The notes under the pieces are model-generated. The model was not told where the DNA came from. It searched no databases and worked only from the letters and a program-made list of their open reading frames with translations. Shown piece by piece: positions 40,561-54,526 of a stretch of 64,000 nt of DNA. The number at the start of each line of letters is the position of its first letter. The stretch's first letter is position 1. The stretch comes from Mytilus trossulus (Eukaryota), in NCBI RefSeq assembly GCF_036588685.1, contig NC_086386.1, positions 75,144,001 through 75,208,000 of the forward strand, given 5' to 3'. A program made the position numbers and the translations under genes.

Positions 40561-41065
40561 TGAGACAACTATCCACAAAAGACCAAACTGACACAGACAT
40601 TAACAACTATAAGTCACCGTACGGCCTTCAACAATGAGCAAAGTCCATACCGCATAGTCAGCTATAAAAGGCCCCGATAAGACAATGGAAAACAATTTAA
40701 ACGAGAAAACTAACGGCCTTATTTATGTAAAAAAAAAATGAACGAAAAACAAATATGTAACACATTAACAAACCACTGAATTAAAGGCTCCTGACTTGGG
40801 ACAGACACATACATAAATAATGCGGCGGGGTTAAACATGTAAACTAGCGGGATCCCAACCCTCCACCTAACCTGGGACAGAAGTATAACAGAACAACATA
40901 AGAACAAACTATTAAAATCAGTTGAAAAAAGGCTTAACTCATAAGATAGACAAAAATACTAGTGGACGTGGCCGGATACTTATACACAAAAAGACAAAAT
41001 GAACAGATCTGAGAGTACTCGCAGTTATCTGACAGCTAGTTCAAAACCACTAACAACTAATAAAA

Positions 41066-42420
41066 TCAAAGAGCTGAATAGCTCTGAGGGGAAAGACGGC
41101 CCTTGTTTCTATTTAATTTTTTTTTTTGGTAAAAGGGGGGGGGTATCTTTTGATAGTCTTCATATAAAGAATGAAAAAGAGAACAGCTAGAACATGTAGA
41201 AAGGTTGACAATATTGAAATCAATTGTTGCTTATGTAATTTCATTTCCTTAGTTTAGGATTCAATTTGGACCAATGGCAGAGATCTGCATCTTCTAAATC
41301 TAAACATTTGATTAAAGTTGATAGTTAATTATCTAAAATTCAACTGAATTCTGTCATTTAACAACAACTACAATATTTTTTGAAATCTTAATTGTGTACC
41401 ACTGAACTACAGGCTAGGGACATTTTCCATTTTTTGTGACAGTACTCTTGGATTTTTAAGTTTTTTCTTAAGAAAGTGTGGACTGAAAAATCTATTTAGT
41501 TTTAAATGTCCATTGATAAAGTTCCCAGTTACAACTCTCATCACAGGGAAACAGGTACTAATAAAAAAACAATATAATTGATGTAAACTGTGTGAAGCTT
41601 GTTTCCAAATCCTAAATTTGAAATATTTGTAAATTTCATGAATAAAAAGGTTTACACTACAAAATCCAACATTTTTTTTTTTTTTTTTTTTTTTTTACCA
41701 TTACAATGATTATGTTGGTACACAAAAATGTAGTTTTAATGGAAGACTACTAATCCAATGAAATGTCACATTTTAAGTGTTAAAATACATTAACTTTTAT
41801 TTTAGTGGATAATTACTCATCAATTGAGGTGCTCCTGAATTGGAGGATGATTCTCAAAACAGAATTTTTACAGAAAAAAAATAATAATATCGTTTCTCTC
41901 CCCTATCTCATTTAACCCCATGCACGATCTTTGTTGATTTTGAAAGTTGTTGACCTACAAATTAAAGTATTGCATGTTGATGTTTGAATCATCTACAGCA
42001 AACATTATTATGTTTAAATTTAACATATACCAATGTGTAATTAGTGCACGATCTCTGAGAATGATTTAAATAACCAGTGAAGGATATCCCTGCTTCTGTG
42101 TAGTGTGGCATTCCAATAATGACGTCACTATAAAATACAATGTAGGTTGGATATATTTAGAATATCTCGTCATACTGATTTTTCCGGATTGTAAAAGAAA
42201 CGTAAATAGTGTAAAGGAGAGCTCAAGATACGATAATTTCGTGAGAAACAGAAGGGAAATGTGTCAAAAAGTGTTTAAAGTCAAACTATTAATTTCTGGG
42301 TCTCCTTCTCTTCAATCTGAGTAAGATTTGTTGGGGGGTTTTCCACACTATAAAAACAAAATGAATGATGTGAGGGAATGTCACTCTGGTCAATTGACGG
42401 CTTGAAGCCGTCTTTCCCCA
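41066..42420 (-). mobile_element. HINE-like insertion splitting a dispersed repeat
   Basis: ggggaaagacggc (41088-41100) / gccgtctttcccc (42407-42419) inverted repeats with terminal hairpins. The host repeat ...taacaactaataaaa resumes as aaaatcatgcatctaag at 42421. Confidence 0.7.
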
Positions 42421-43901
42421 AAAATCATGCATCTAAGACTAAACTATGAATCCGTACACATCCAACATCCAATGGATTTAGTGTAAAGACGTCATAAACA
42501 GCCAGAGAAAAAGTATGACCTTGTGCAATGCCAAGTTACAGGTATCGACAGATTGTAGATCCATGAATATGTATATGTATATAACATACTAGTAATATTT
42601 AGTTACCTTTTAATCTACTGATAACAAAATCAATATTTATACCAATAAAAACAATATTCAATGTTTACAGTGTAACTGTGTTGAATAGGTAACCTTTTAT
42701 AATAAGTTTATTTAAAGGAGCGACAAGTTTACATGGATAAAAAAAATGAATAACTTAGTCATAAATATAAAAAAAATAAGGAGATGTAAAAGTATTGCCA
42801 GTAGCAGATGTAAACAACAATAGGCATTCGTATTGACTTTATCAGTGAACCGGCACATCCCCAATCTCCACATCCACCCGTTCGTACAGTCGAGTATAAA
42901 AGGGTCGCTACATGGCAAATATGAAACAATGTATTATTTTTCGGCCAAATTTATGTACAAAAAATGAACGAAAAACAAACATGATTCAAATCAACAACAA
43001 ACGACAACCACTGAATTACAGGCTCCTGACTTACGACAGTCACATACAAACAGCATATGGCGGGGTTAAACATGTGATTCCAACCCTCCCACTTTACTAG
43101 GACATTGATGTAACAGTGAAACATAAGAACGAACTCTAAAAATCAGTTGAAAAATGTTAAACCAATCAGATTGATACAAATAACATACATTAAACATGTT
43201 TGAAGAACCAAACACTGCCCCAACCAGGATCAGCAATGTAACAGTACAACTGAGGCTTATTTGTCAAAAGATATAAGAAGATGTTATTGCCAATGGGACA
43301 ACTTTCTAACAGAATCCAAATGAAATGGGTGTGAGCAACTATAAACCTCTATTTAGTATGTCTAGTTACCGAAATGTAGGACATAATTTAGCCTGTTTAT
43401 GACTTTTTACGGGACTGTGTACACTTTTGATATGCTTGTGGCGGCGAACAGTTAGTGTCGTCTGCCATACATGTGCTTGTTGAATGGCCGTAGAATAAAA
43501 TTTAATTTATGATTTCGAAAAGCGTGACTTCAATCTTATAGTCCCCCAAGACAACAAAAAAACCTCGACACTATATATGCCACTGTAAGGCCTTCGTCGA
43601 AGACCAAAACTCACTTGGGCATATAGATATATAAAAGGCCGTGGGACGACAAAATATAAAACGATTCAAAGGAGGAAACTTAAGGTCTGTTTATGTAAAA
43701 AGAACAACAAACAAAATATGACAGACAGCTAGCAACAACGATCGCTGAACTTCAGTCTGATGACTTTGGACAAGCAATAAACCTTCTTCCTAACCGGGAA
43801 CAATGGTTAACAGCACAACATATGATGATCATGTGGAATTGGCTTTACTTATCAAATAAGTACTAAGCCTGAAAAATGACAAAAAGGAAAAAGACCCCAC
43901 G

Positions 43902-45079
43902 TACGGGGCGCCGAATGGGACTCTTGTGGTTTTGTACTCAAAATTCAATTTTGTACGGACAACAAAAATGAGTTCAGTTTAACAAAATTTGTATCATACT
44001 ACAAATTTGAAATTTTGTCATACAAAATTATCTATCAGCGGACAAAAGTCACTTTTGTCATGACAAAATTCATTTTTTTTACACAGACTTGACTTTTGTT
44101 ACCTAATTTGAAAATTGAGCGACAAAAGTCAATTTTGTATTTAAATTAGTTTAGTTTGGTTTCTGTGAACTAATTTGCATACAAAATCGACTTTTGTTAC
44201 ACAAAATTGACTTTTGTTACACAAAATTGACTTTTGTTTCACAAAATTGACTTTTGTCTCAACAAGATTGACAAAATTGACTTTTGTCTCAACGAAATTG
44301 ACAAAATTGAATTTTGTCTCAACAAAATTGACAAAATTGAATTTTGTCTCAACAAAATTGACAAAATTGAATTTTGTCTGAACAAAATTGACAAAATTGA
44401 ATTTTGTCTGAACAAAATTACAAAATTGAATTTTGTCTCAACAAAATTGACAAAATTGAATTTTGTCTCAACAAAATTAACAAAATTGAATTTTGTCTCA
44501 ACAAAATTAACAAAATTGAATTTTGTCTCAACAAAATTGATTTTTGTCTCACGAAAGTCAATTTTGTCTCACGAAAGTCAATTTTGTCATCACAAAAATG
44601 AATTTTGTCGTCACAAAATTGACTTTTGTCTCAACAATCCATAATCACATGGCAAAATCAAAAAACAAAACGCATCAAAAACGAATGGACAAGAACGTCA
44701 ATTTTGTCTCACAAAATTGAATCTTACCGTACACAATTGACTTTTGTGATTTAATTTCCATATCAGGTAACAAAAGTCAATTTTGTATGCAAATATGTTT
44801 ATGATATGCAAATATGTTTATATTTGCATACCTTTAAGACAAAATTGACTTTTGTCATGACAAATATGAATTTTGTCTACAAAAATGAATTTTGTCATGA
44901 CAAAAATGAATTTTGTCTACAAAAATGAATTTTGTCTACACAAATGAATTTTGTCATCACAAAATTGAAGTTCTCACAAAACAAGTCTGTAGCACATAGT
45001 TTTGTAAGACAAAAATGATTTTGTTATGACAGAATTGAATTTTGTACAAAACCACAAGAGTCCCATTCGGCGCCCCGTA
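43902..45079. mobile_element. Non-autonomous TIR element (foldback-like MITE) with internal 30-bp minisatellite
   Basis: 36-bp perfect TIR tacggggcgccgaatgggactcttgtggttttgtac, 5-bp TSD ccacg on both sides, and internal (aacaaaattgacaaaattgaattttgtctc)n. Confidence 0.9.
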
Positions 45080-45266
45080 CCACGTACCGATATAATACTA
45101 CTCGCAATTATTTAAAGGAACTGGCTACTATAACGTTAACTAAGGCTTCCTATCGTGGTTGTCACCAAAAACAAAAACATTCTCCAAAATGTAAATACAT
45201 TATGTGTAGACGCTTCCATTGTTACGTCCGTGATTAATCGGTTCTAACCCAACCTAGCATTTCCGC

Positions 45267-45663
45267 AATAGACCACTTTCGAGTTCATCCGTCACCGGCA
45301 AAAACTCGTCAATTATGCACGCCTTTATGACGTCATTTACCAGATAGAGGGGGTCGCCTGTATCTCTGCACCATTTACGTTCATCAAGCCTCTTAGTGAT
45401 CGTCTTTGTGCAGGATAAACTAGAAATGATGGTTGCTCTGTATGTACTTACTGACAATTTCCTAATGACAGCAGTGTTGATTGTCAATTTTGAGAATTCA
45501 ATTTGCCGAATAATTCGTATAATATAGAATTATAGCTTTCCAACCACTCGCTCAACATTGGAAGGGAAGTGACGACGCCCCTTAACGCACAAATGACGGT
45601 GATAAAAGCGCGTATAATTGACGAGTTTTTTCCGGTGACGGATGAACTCGAAAGTGGTCTATT
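45267..45663. mobile_element. MITE with ~50-bp TIRs
   Basis: aatagaccactttcgagttcatccgtcaccgg...aactcgtcaattat and its reverse complement ending ...aaagtggtctatt. Confidence 0.85.
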
Positions 45664-47509
45664 AGTTTCCTATGCAATAATAAACACTTTCATAATTATC
45701 ATTGTTACATTTTAACGTAATCGAAGCCAGTATTTTACTAAAAATCAGTTTAAAAGTCCATCACAATAACTTGAAAGAATCACATCAGCATGAACACTTG
45801 TGCTAACTGGCTGTTGCCACAAATTCACTAGTTGTTATAATTTACGGGTGTCATTCGGCTTAACGAGAGAAATGATCGTGAAAGAGTATCTAATGGTGGT
45901 CTAATACAGGCTACTGCCATTAAATGTGCGTACAAGTTTTTACCAAAATTTTAGGCGATAGACACTAATTGCTAACAAGGACCAATAAGCCATATAAGAG
46001 AACAATTAATCCTGCAACAAAATAACGTCAAATTGGGGATCAGAATATTTTTTTTAAGGAAAAAGCCATAACACCATCCCCTTTTTGAAGTTAAATGGTC
46101 GTTTCCTTTTTTGGTGGTTTCAGTTCATTTGATTTTTATACATTCACCATTTCCTTTCTAAATTTTACATATCATAAACTTAGACTTCTGTGCACGATTT
46201 TATAATTTGTTCGCATAAATTTCGTGTAATCGTCAATTTTTTTTAATCGGTCAGTGGTGCTGTGAAAAAATGGCAGGTAATTAAAGTTCGTGCTTTGAAG
46301 CCGAAGTTTAACGATTGACACCCGTTTGAAAACAATCAACAAATAAGCATGAATATTGATCACGTGTTTAACTTGTACAATCAGATAATTATAGTTTATT
46401 TCAGTGACATATTCAAGCGTATTGCGCTCACCGGATGTTTACGAGGAAGGTCACGCTAAGGTCACTATGCATACGGAAAACATGTCGGCGAATTTTTTCC
46501 TGGAAGCAAGCAATTACAAAAAATAAACAAATTAAAGAATTTTCTTCAAAAAAAAGTGTATGTTTAATAATAAAAACCATCCTTTTTGTTTTAAAAATTA
46601 TATGCTTCATTTTATTTTTTAATTTGAGTTTTCATATAACTTAATCTACTCTATTGAAAGATCCAAAGAATCTGATCATTCAGTTATCCAAGGGCATATC
46701 ATGGCGTTGAAATTTAAGACGGCGTTGATCAGATGCGGACTAGGGGATGGAGGATAGGGACCCAAGCCCTTCGATTTGTGGGCAAAATTTGGTTGATTAC
46801 CGGTATCTAGGGAAGCACTAAAACATGACTGGAATGCTCTTATCGGACTTATCGGTCACTGCAGTGGGTACCCCGTTATGAAAATGAGAACGAAACGGTC
46901 CCATGGATAATGCTTACAGTGTTTTAAAAATAATAATGATATTTTCATAAATATGGAATAAAAAGAAAATAATATTTGGGTCATTTTCAAATTTTTTTTA
47001 GAACACCCATGCTATTTTTATTTATTTTTTATTTCTAATGGAAATTTCAGTTGTAATGGTTTAAATGAAAGCTTGTCGGATTTGTGATTCAGAACATTAA
47101 TAATAAACACATCTTGCATGTACGTCTATTTTAATAAGATTAAACGGGGGTACGGGAGTCTAAAATAAAAATGATAGAAATTAGTGATATATATTGAAAA
47201 ATATAATAAATATGAAAGGTGACCGCGCATTTTCTCCAGCCACAGGATGTGAGAAAATGACACATTTTATATGGATTATAAAAAAAACCCACCATTTTGT
47301 GATTCGAAACTAAACAAAATGATAGAATTGTTATATACTTAAGAAAAAGATAACTTTCATACAATGCTTTGAGAATATCAAAAGAAAAGATAGGGTCACC
47401 GTACGTTTTTTCCGGCTAAAATACAAAATAGGAATATTCCATGTAGAATCCTTCAGAAAATGCACTATTTTAGAGTAACCTCCCCTTAAAATGCTAATTT
47501 AAATACAAA

Positions 47510-48220
47510 AAAATTGTAAAGGGTTCCGCAGAACCCAGTGTCTCGCCTACTTTTGCTGTAAATCACAGGCTCAACAAAAGACTTTTAAGGGAGGAAAAAA
47601 ATCAATAAAAATATTCCTTGATACTATCTTTTGATTGTAAGAAGCTTCTGTCCAAGTTTGGTAAAAAATCTAGGATCATAGTTAATGAATCTAATAAATG
47701 TTTTGAAAACTTTAACTGCAGACTGTATGTAATGTTAACTGGAAGAAAATCTAAGTCCATTTAAAAGTATAACACAGGAAAAATGAAGTTATCGTTTTAC
47801 AAAATTTACTGCTGGATACTATCTTATGATCATAAACAAGCTTGTATATATATATATAGCTGTCCAAGTTTGTTACAAACCAAGGATAGTTAAAGAAAGT
47901 TATTAAAATTTTAAAAACTTTAATCACAGAGTGAATGTAATGTTTCCCCGCAGAAAAAAAACTAAGTCCATTTATAAGTAAAATACGGAAAAAAATGGAA
48001 TTTTATTTTTACAAAATTTACTTCTGGATACTATCTTATGATCATAAACAAGCTTCTGTCAAAGTTTGGTAGAAATCCAGTATAATAGTTTAAGAAAGTT
48101 ATTAAAATTTCAAAATCTTTAACCACAGAGTGAATATTTGTTGACGACGCCGACGACGACGACGGAAAGTAGGATCGCTTAGTCTCGCTTTTTCGACTAA
48201 AGTCGAAGGCTCGACATTAA
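47510..48220 (-). mobile_element. HINE-like element (reverse orientation) with internal tandem units
   Basis: gggttccgcagaaccc hairpin, tgtctcgc motifs, (GAC)n microsatellite and terminal ttcgactaaagtcgaa hairpin. A related decayed copy lies at ~27240-27710. Confidence 0.7.
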
Positions 48221-49147
48221 AAAACGAACAAAAACAATCAACATTTGCAAAAAAAAATTATTTATAAATCATATTCTTTTAAAAGAGAATTCATATTAAA
48301 TATCTGCATTCCTGCTTCAAATTTTGCTAACTTGATAAAAAATCTGGACCTTTGGTTCTCTGTTTTTTTACAATTCAAGATGGAGGTAGACACCCATACC
48401 ACGATGTAAGGTTTATTTGTGTGCGTACAGTGTCACAAAAACACATTTTAAATGATTTTTTTTCGATTTTCTGATCGCATTGATATCTACAAAAGGGACT
48501 TTTTAAGAACGTTAATTATTACTCAAACGAACAATCGTAGCTTCTTTATCATTGTATAACATATTATCTATCTACAAACTAAATTCAATCAGCGAACGAG
48601 AGGTTCATGTCCATCCTTTTACCGCTACTTAAATCAGCCGTTAATTGTTTCTCCCTTTGAATAGTGAATTAGTTAGTGTTGATTTCAAAAGTACAAAGTA
48701 ATCTTTACATTTAAAACGCCTCTTTTCTTGAACGACAGTGTAGAGAAAAGAAATTTCAAGACATTTAGTGAAAAAAATAGATTGTACTTTTTTTCATGTC
48801 TATGCTGTTACCAACAATTTTGATTAACTACACCAACAGTATGCTTGTAAAAACTGCAATAACGTGTTGGAAATTCACAATAGAAAACCATAATCATTTC
48901 ACCAAAGGGAGTAGTTATTTCACAACAGCAATCAAAAACGAAGAAATGTGTCTATCCTGTTACTATAGTTGTTATGGTTACAGTAACAGGATAGACAATT
49001 GTAGTCAAAAACGTCGTTAATTTTTTTATCTTACTAGTAACATACAGGTGCAAAACGAATGATATGTTTCATTGTTTGAACTCATCTTAAAGTTATAACG
49101 TCTTAATCTTCCCAATTAAGCATTTGCAGGTGCAATACTGACATCGG

Positions 49148-49398
49148 TAAGGGACGACATCTTAAGATCGATGTAGGATAATAAAAAAAAACTTAAATCA
49201 AATAGTTTGGGGGTGGGAGGGGGTTAAAATCATCTGCAAGCTTTGTATATATAAAATTGATTTTAACATATATCCCTATTGGTAAATCAATTTTCCCCAA
49301 ATCAAGTTAAGAGGGGGTGTGGGTGTGGGGTTCAGTAAAAAAAACTATGTGAATTAAGTTTTTTTTATCCTACATTGAACTTTTGATGTCGTCCCTTA
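49148..49398. mobile_element. Short MITE (taagggacgacatc...gatgtcgtccctta)
   Basis: 14-bp perfect TIR, extended by atgtaggata/tatcctacat. Confidence 0.8.
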
Positions 49399-52300
49399 CA
49401 GGATAGACAAAAAGGTAACAGGATAGACTTTTACATAGTCAGTGATATATCAGAAACGTACGTTCCTGTTACCATTGAAATAAAGAGAAAAGTAAACTAA
49501 CTTATGATGGATTTACTTGATGTTGGGTTCATTTGAAAGGGTGAAAAAATGCCGAACAATATAAATTGCTCTTAAACTTGCATTACTGTCATTACTGGTG
49601 GTAATTTTTACAACTTTTGAAAACCAATTTTTAGAGGCGTTTTTCAGTACAACCTGGAAAATTGGAAAACAATCTATTATTTTTACAGAATCACGGAATA
49701 TATATAGAAGTTTATTCTCTTGAAAACCATCTAATTGGCTACGTAAAACAAGCTTAACATTTTATCTAAACCTCTTCTTAATACCCTAAAATTTCTTTTG
49801 ACAATGGTAACAGGATAGACAAAATATTGTACCTCCGATCAAAGAATGTTTCAAGATATTCTTGTATGAAATCATCAATAAGATGGCATCTTTTAATATG
49901 TTGTCTGTTTGTTTTGATTTGCTTTTGTAGAGGGTTGTTTGAATAAGTAACTTTTAATATTTTTTTTCAATTTCAAAATTCATCATTTTTTTTAAATTGA
50001 CCCAATAAGGTAAATGAACAAAAAATAAATATATAGTGGAAACTAATTATGACCCTCAATAACACCATGACTATGAGATTCAACTCTACTTTCTCTTTGT
50101 GACTGTCAGAAATTTGAAGCACGATTATAAAAAAAAATATTTGGCAGTTGAAAGTGTTGTCACGGTTTTTCGTATGATGACTATACTTATAATTGTAAAC
50201 ATAAGGGGAGACAATCTGTTTTCTGCAGACCTCGTCCATGTTTGCTGTGCGTAGCCGCCTTTATGTAGGTACTGTTGAGAAATTGTTTAATGTCTCCTCA
50301 TCATGTATTGTTCATTTTTTTCAACCCAGAGAAATCATTTCATTTGATGTCTAAAGAAAGCTGCATAAAAGGCAACAAACGAATTTGATGTATCCCTTTC
50401 AGCAAGACTAATAACTCACCGAATATACATGAAATATTTGCCATTGGACATTAAGCAACCACAAATCAAATGGAAAAGTTTACATAACTTATGTTGGGAT
50501 GAAAACTAAATAAAACGTAAGTGTCTGTCAATATAGTCCAGTCAATCTGAGACTGTGTTAATATAGACTAGTAGTCTCAGAGTCAATCTAAGATTTAACC
50601 TCAAACTAATTGCAACAGAAAATGTTTTAGTTCTTATATATAGCATTATGCCCTTTTATATATACACAGAACAAATTCCCATAAACTTGAACTTACTTGA
50701 GGAAAAACTCAAAATTAGCATTTTTAATTTCTTATGGAAATTATCATTATAAGGGGAGATAACTCTTGCAAAATTGAGTCTTTTTTGGTCAGTTTTTTGT
50801 TGATTTTTTTGAAATTTATGTAAAAGTATGATAGTACTTTGATGGGGTTATAAATTTGTGTTTGACTAAGCTATATAATCTTCTGCTCATGAAATGTATA
50901 TAACCGAAGTGTAGTTTTATTTTTTTGTGTGCCTTTTTCATATAAGAAATTGCAAATTTAAAGCTTTATGGCCTTTTAGAAAAAATAATGTGAAAATTTG
51001 ATACTGTTTATAATTGTTTATTAATTTTTTTCAGCAACTTACTTATCTAAAAAAACTTTAAACCACAAAAAGAAGAATACATGCTAAATTATTTTGATGA
51101 AATTTGAGATTCTTTACTTTGACATGTTAAAAAATTCAATAAATGGTCAACTAATGAATTACGAAATCTAGTTTATAGCTTGATAAAAGATATGAAAATA
51201 CCTTAAGAGTTGTTTGTTATACTCTAAAGACCGCTAAAAAATCAAGAATCAGTACATTCTGATGAATTATGAGAAGCGGAAAAGTAACAATTTTGTATCA
51301 ATTTTCATTGATGTTTCTGCCTTTTTTGCAAGAGTTATCTCCCTTTTCAATGCAAATCTCCATAGGAATTTTAAATGGTGAATTTTTTAGTCTTCCTCAG
51401 GTTAGATTTAATGGGACTTTTTTCTGTGTATATTTGGGGTATGATGCTCAAGATAAAAACTTAAAAATCTTCTGTTGCAATTACTTTCGAGTTAGGGTCA
51501 AATTTTGCTAGATTGACAGCTAGGACTAATATGCAAATTCTTTTTTTTTTAAAATGACATTTATCAAACTTGTAATATAATGGATTACATTCACCCTTTT
51601 TCACGCTAAGGGTGCTTGTGTAACGTCGGTGGTTACCGGGGCGTTTGTTTTTCACTGAAACACTCTCTGTATTGAAATTATTAAATGAAATGGTCAGCCA
51701 AATAAGTCTTGTGTTTAAATCATCAGAAAAATTTAATGCTTTAAAACAATGATTTTCACCAAATGAGCAAACATACTATTAAAATTCTGAATTTAATGGT
51801 ACCAAGTTTATTAAAAACTGTTCAGTAATGATACCACCATATACTTTTAAAAAATTGTGATGCCATTTGAATTATATTTTTAGAACGGAAAATTGCAAGA
51901 TACAGTGAGTGACTGTCTCAGTTTCATGGTCAGAAGCATTTTTTATTGACGGCTGTTTTACCCTCCCCCTATACCTCTAGCCGATGTAGAAAAGTAAACG
52001 CATAACAATACGCGCATTAAAATTCAGTTCAAGAAAAGTCTGAGTCCGATGTCAGAAGATGTAACAAAAGAAAATAAACAAAATGACAATAATACATAAA
52101 TAACAACAGACTACTAGCAGTTAACTGACATGTTAACTGTGCATGCATGTATTTCATGGTGGAAATTTCATTATATGATGGTATGATACTAAACCCCTAA
52201 CGGGAAGGATTGTGCCTGATGTTCATATGATGAAATCATAATCTTTAAGTCAGTTTAATTGAAGTCTGGAGCTGGCATGTCAGTTAACTGCTAGTAGTCT

Positions 52301-52696
52301 GTTGTTATTTATGTATTATTGTCATTTTGTTTATTTTCTTTGGTTACATCTTCTGACATCAGACTTGGACTTCTTTTGAACGGAATTTTAATGTGCGTAT
52401 TGTTATGCGTTTACTTTTCTACATTGGCCAGATGTACATGTATAGGGGAGGGTTGATATCTCACAAACATGTTTAACCCCGCCACATTTTTGCGCCTGTC
52501 ACAAGTCAGGAGCCTCTGGCCTTTGTTGGTCTTGTATAATTTTAATTTTAGTTTCTTGTGTACAATTTGGAAATTAGTAGAGCGTTCATTATCACTGAAC
52601 TAGTATATAATTGTTTAGGGGCCAGCTGAAGGACGCCTCCGGGTGCGGGAATTTCTTGCTACATTGAAGACCTGTTGGTGACCTTCTGCTGTTGTT

Positions 52697-53447
52697 TTTA
52701 TACGCCCGTCAAAATTTTGACAGGACATATTATGGTATACAAATGTCCGGTGTCCGTCTGTCTGTCCGGCGTAAACATGTCACACCGTAACTTGAGAACG
52801 ACTTATCCAAATTTCATGAAACTTAAGATAGTTGTTTCTTATGATGGTCAAATGATCTGTATACTTTTTGGTGAAAATAAGATTAAAACTTTTTGAGTTA
52901 CGGCACTTTGTAACTAAAACAGGGGTTATGATGGTGATGATTAAAAATTTCATTTTTGAGTTATTGAGTAATTTGTAAAAAAGGGGGAGTTTTTTTTTTA
53001 CATGTGTTGTATCTCAAAAACAATTTATGATTATTGCTTAAAACTTTACACACTTCTAGGTATATTAATCTAAAGATACTTTTTGGTGATGATTCAAAAC
53101 TTTATTTTGGAGTTATTGAGTATTTTGTTAAACAGGGGAGGGTTTTTTTACATGTCGCGTCGTATCTCAAAATTAATTTATGATTATTGCTTAAAACTTT
53201 ACACACTGCTTTGTTATATTAATCTAAAGATCTGTATACTTTTTGGTTTTGATTCAAAATTTTATTTTAGTGATATTTAGTTTGAAAAAAAAAAAAAACA
53301 GGGTTGGGGGTTTCACATGTCCCGCCGTGTCTCAAAAACAATATATGGTTATTGCTTAAAACTTTCTCAGAAACTATTTATGATTATTGCATAAAACTTC
53401 CACACAAGACGTTGGGCGTATCATGCACTCATGGCACAGCTGTTTAT
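52697..53447 (+). mobile_element. HINE-like element nested in a dispersed repeat
   Basis: atacgccc (52700) / gggcgtat (53414) inverted repeats, (CTGT)n stretch and internal tandem units. The host repeat resumes at ~53452 (ggtcaggttgttgtctctttgacacattcccc). Confidence 0.75.
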
Positions 53448-54526
53448 TTTATTTGGTCAGGTTGTTGTCTCTTTGACACATTCCCCATCATGCCCATTTC
53501 CATTCTCAATTTTATTTCATGATTTTTTTGTATGCATTGTTTTATTTTGAGGAAAGGGAGGGGAGTCAGAGGGAAAGTCATCTTCTGTTCAAGAAAACAA
53601 GTTGATTTCTTTTCTTCATTAATTTACTAAAAAATTTACCAATTAACACAATATCAAAATTCTTTAACCATTGTCATCTAAGAGTGTTTAGCTCATCTGG
53701 CCTGAGGGGCAATGTCAGTTTTTGCCATCACTTTGCATCTATCGGCTGTTTCTCAATAGCAACTGTTGTCAGATGTCTTTTGATATTTTTGTTCAAATCT
53801 TCACAACTAAAATTGATTTATGGATTGAAACAAAAGTTTATCTACTTAATTTATATTTAACTATGCAATGTATCTTTTTTGTCCAGGTTGATCAACCAAC
53901 GTGGTGGTTGTGTCTTAAGATAGAACATAAAGGATATCAAAGTTCAGTTTTTGCTAAAATCTCTAAAACTTAAGCAAAGCCAAGAAGAGAAAAACTCCCA
54001 TGGATAAAGTGATCAGCACAATCATAAGATTTAGATTTAGTAGTCAATTCTATCTACCCTGGGTTTTATAAAAATATGTTCATCTGTTAAGGAGTTATTG
54101 CCCCTGAAATATTAAGTTTTACCTTTTAGTCATTTTCTTGCCATGGTTCCAAAATCTATAGGAGCTAGTGTAAATTGCAAAAATGATTTGCATGGCCAAA
54201 TTTATCGATGACCTTCCTCATAATAGGCTCATTATTCTGCAATGATTTTTTTTATAACGAAAGCTGTACATTTCTGCAAATTTTCCCTCCTCTGTATAAA
54301 CATGATAAAGCCAGGAAAACGCTATATATTTAAACCAAATAACATAAAAATGTATACATTTCTTTTCTTAATAATGGCAGTTCAGTTATTAAGTAACGAG
54401 CACTATTTAAATGATTAAATATTACATGAAAATGGAATATAAAAATCTAAGAAGCAATTTAGGAATTATATTTAATGTAACTTTTCCAAATTCTAATTTA
54501 TGTTCATTGTTGGTCTTTTTCAGATC

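Noticed and set aside
44230-44560. CRISPR-like regular repeats
   Set aside because: Units are contiguous with no unique spacers, the context is eukaryotic and there are no cas genes.
44234-44644. 136-aa ORF with LNKIDKIEFC repeats that looks LRR-like
   Set aside because: It is the translation of a 30-bp minisatellite inside a TIR element, with no gene context.
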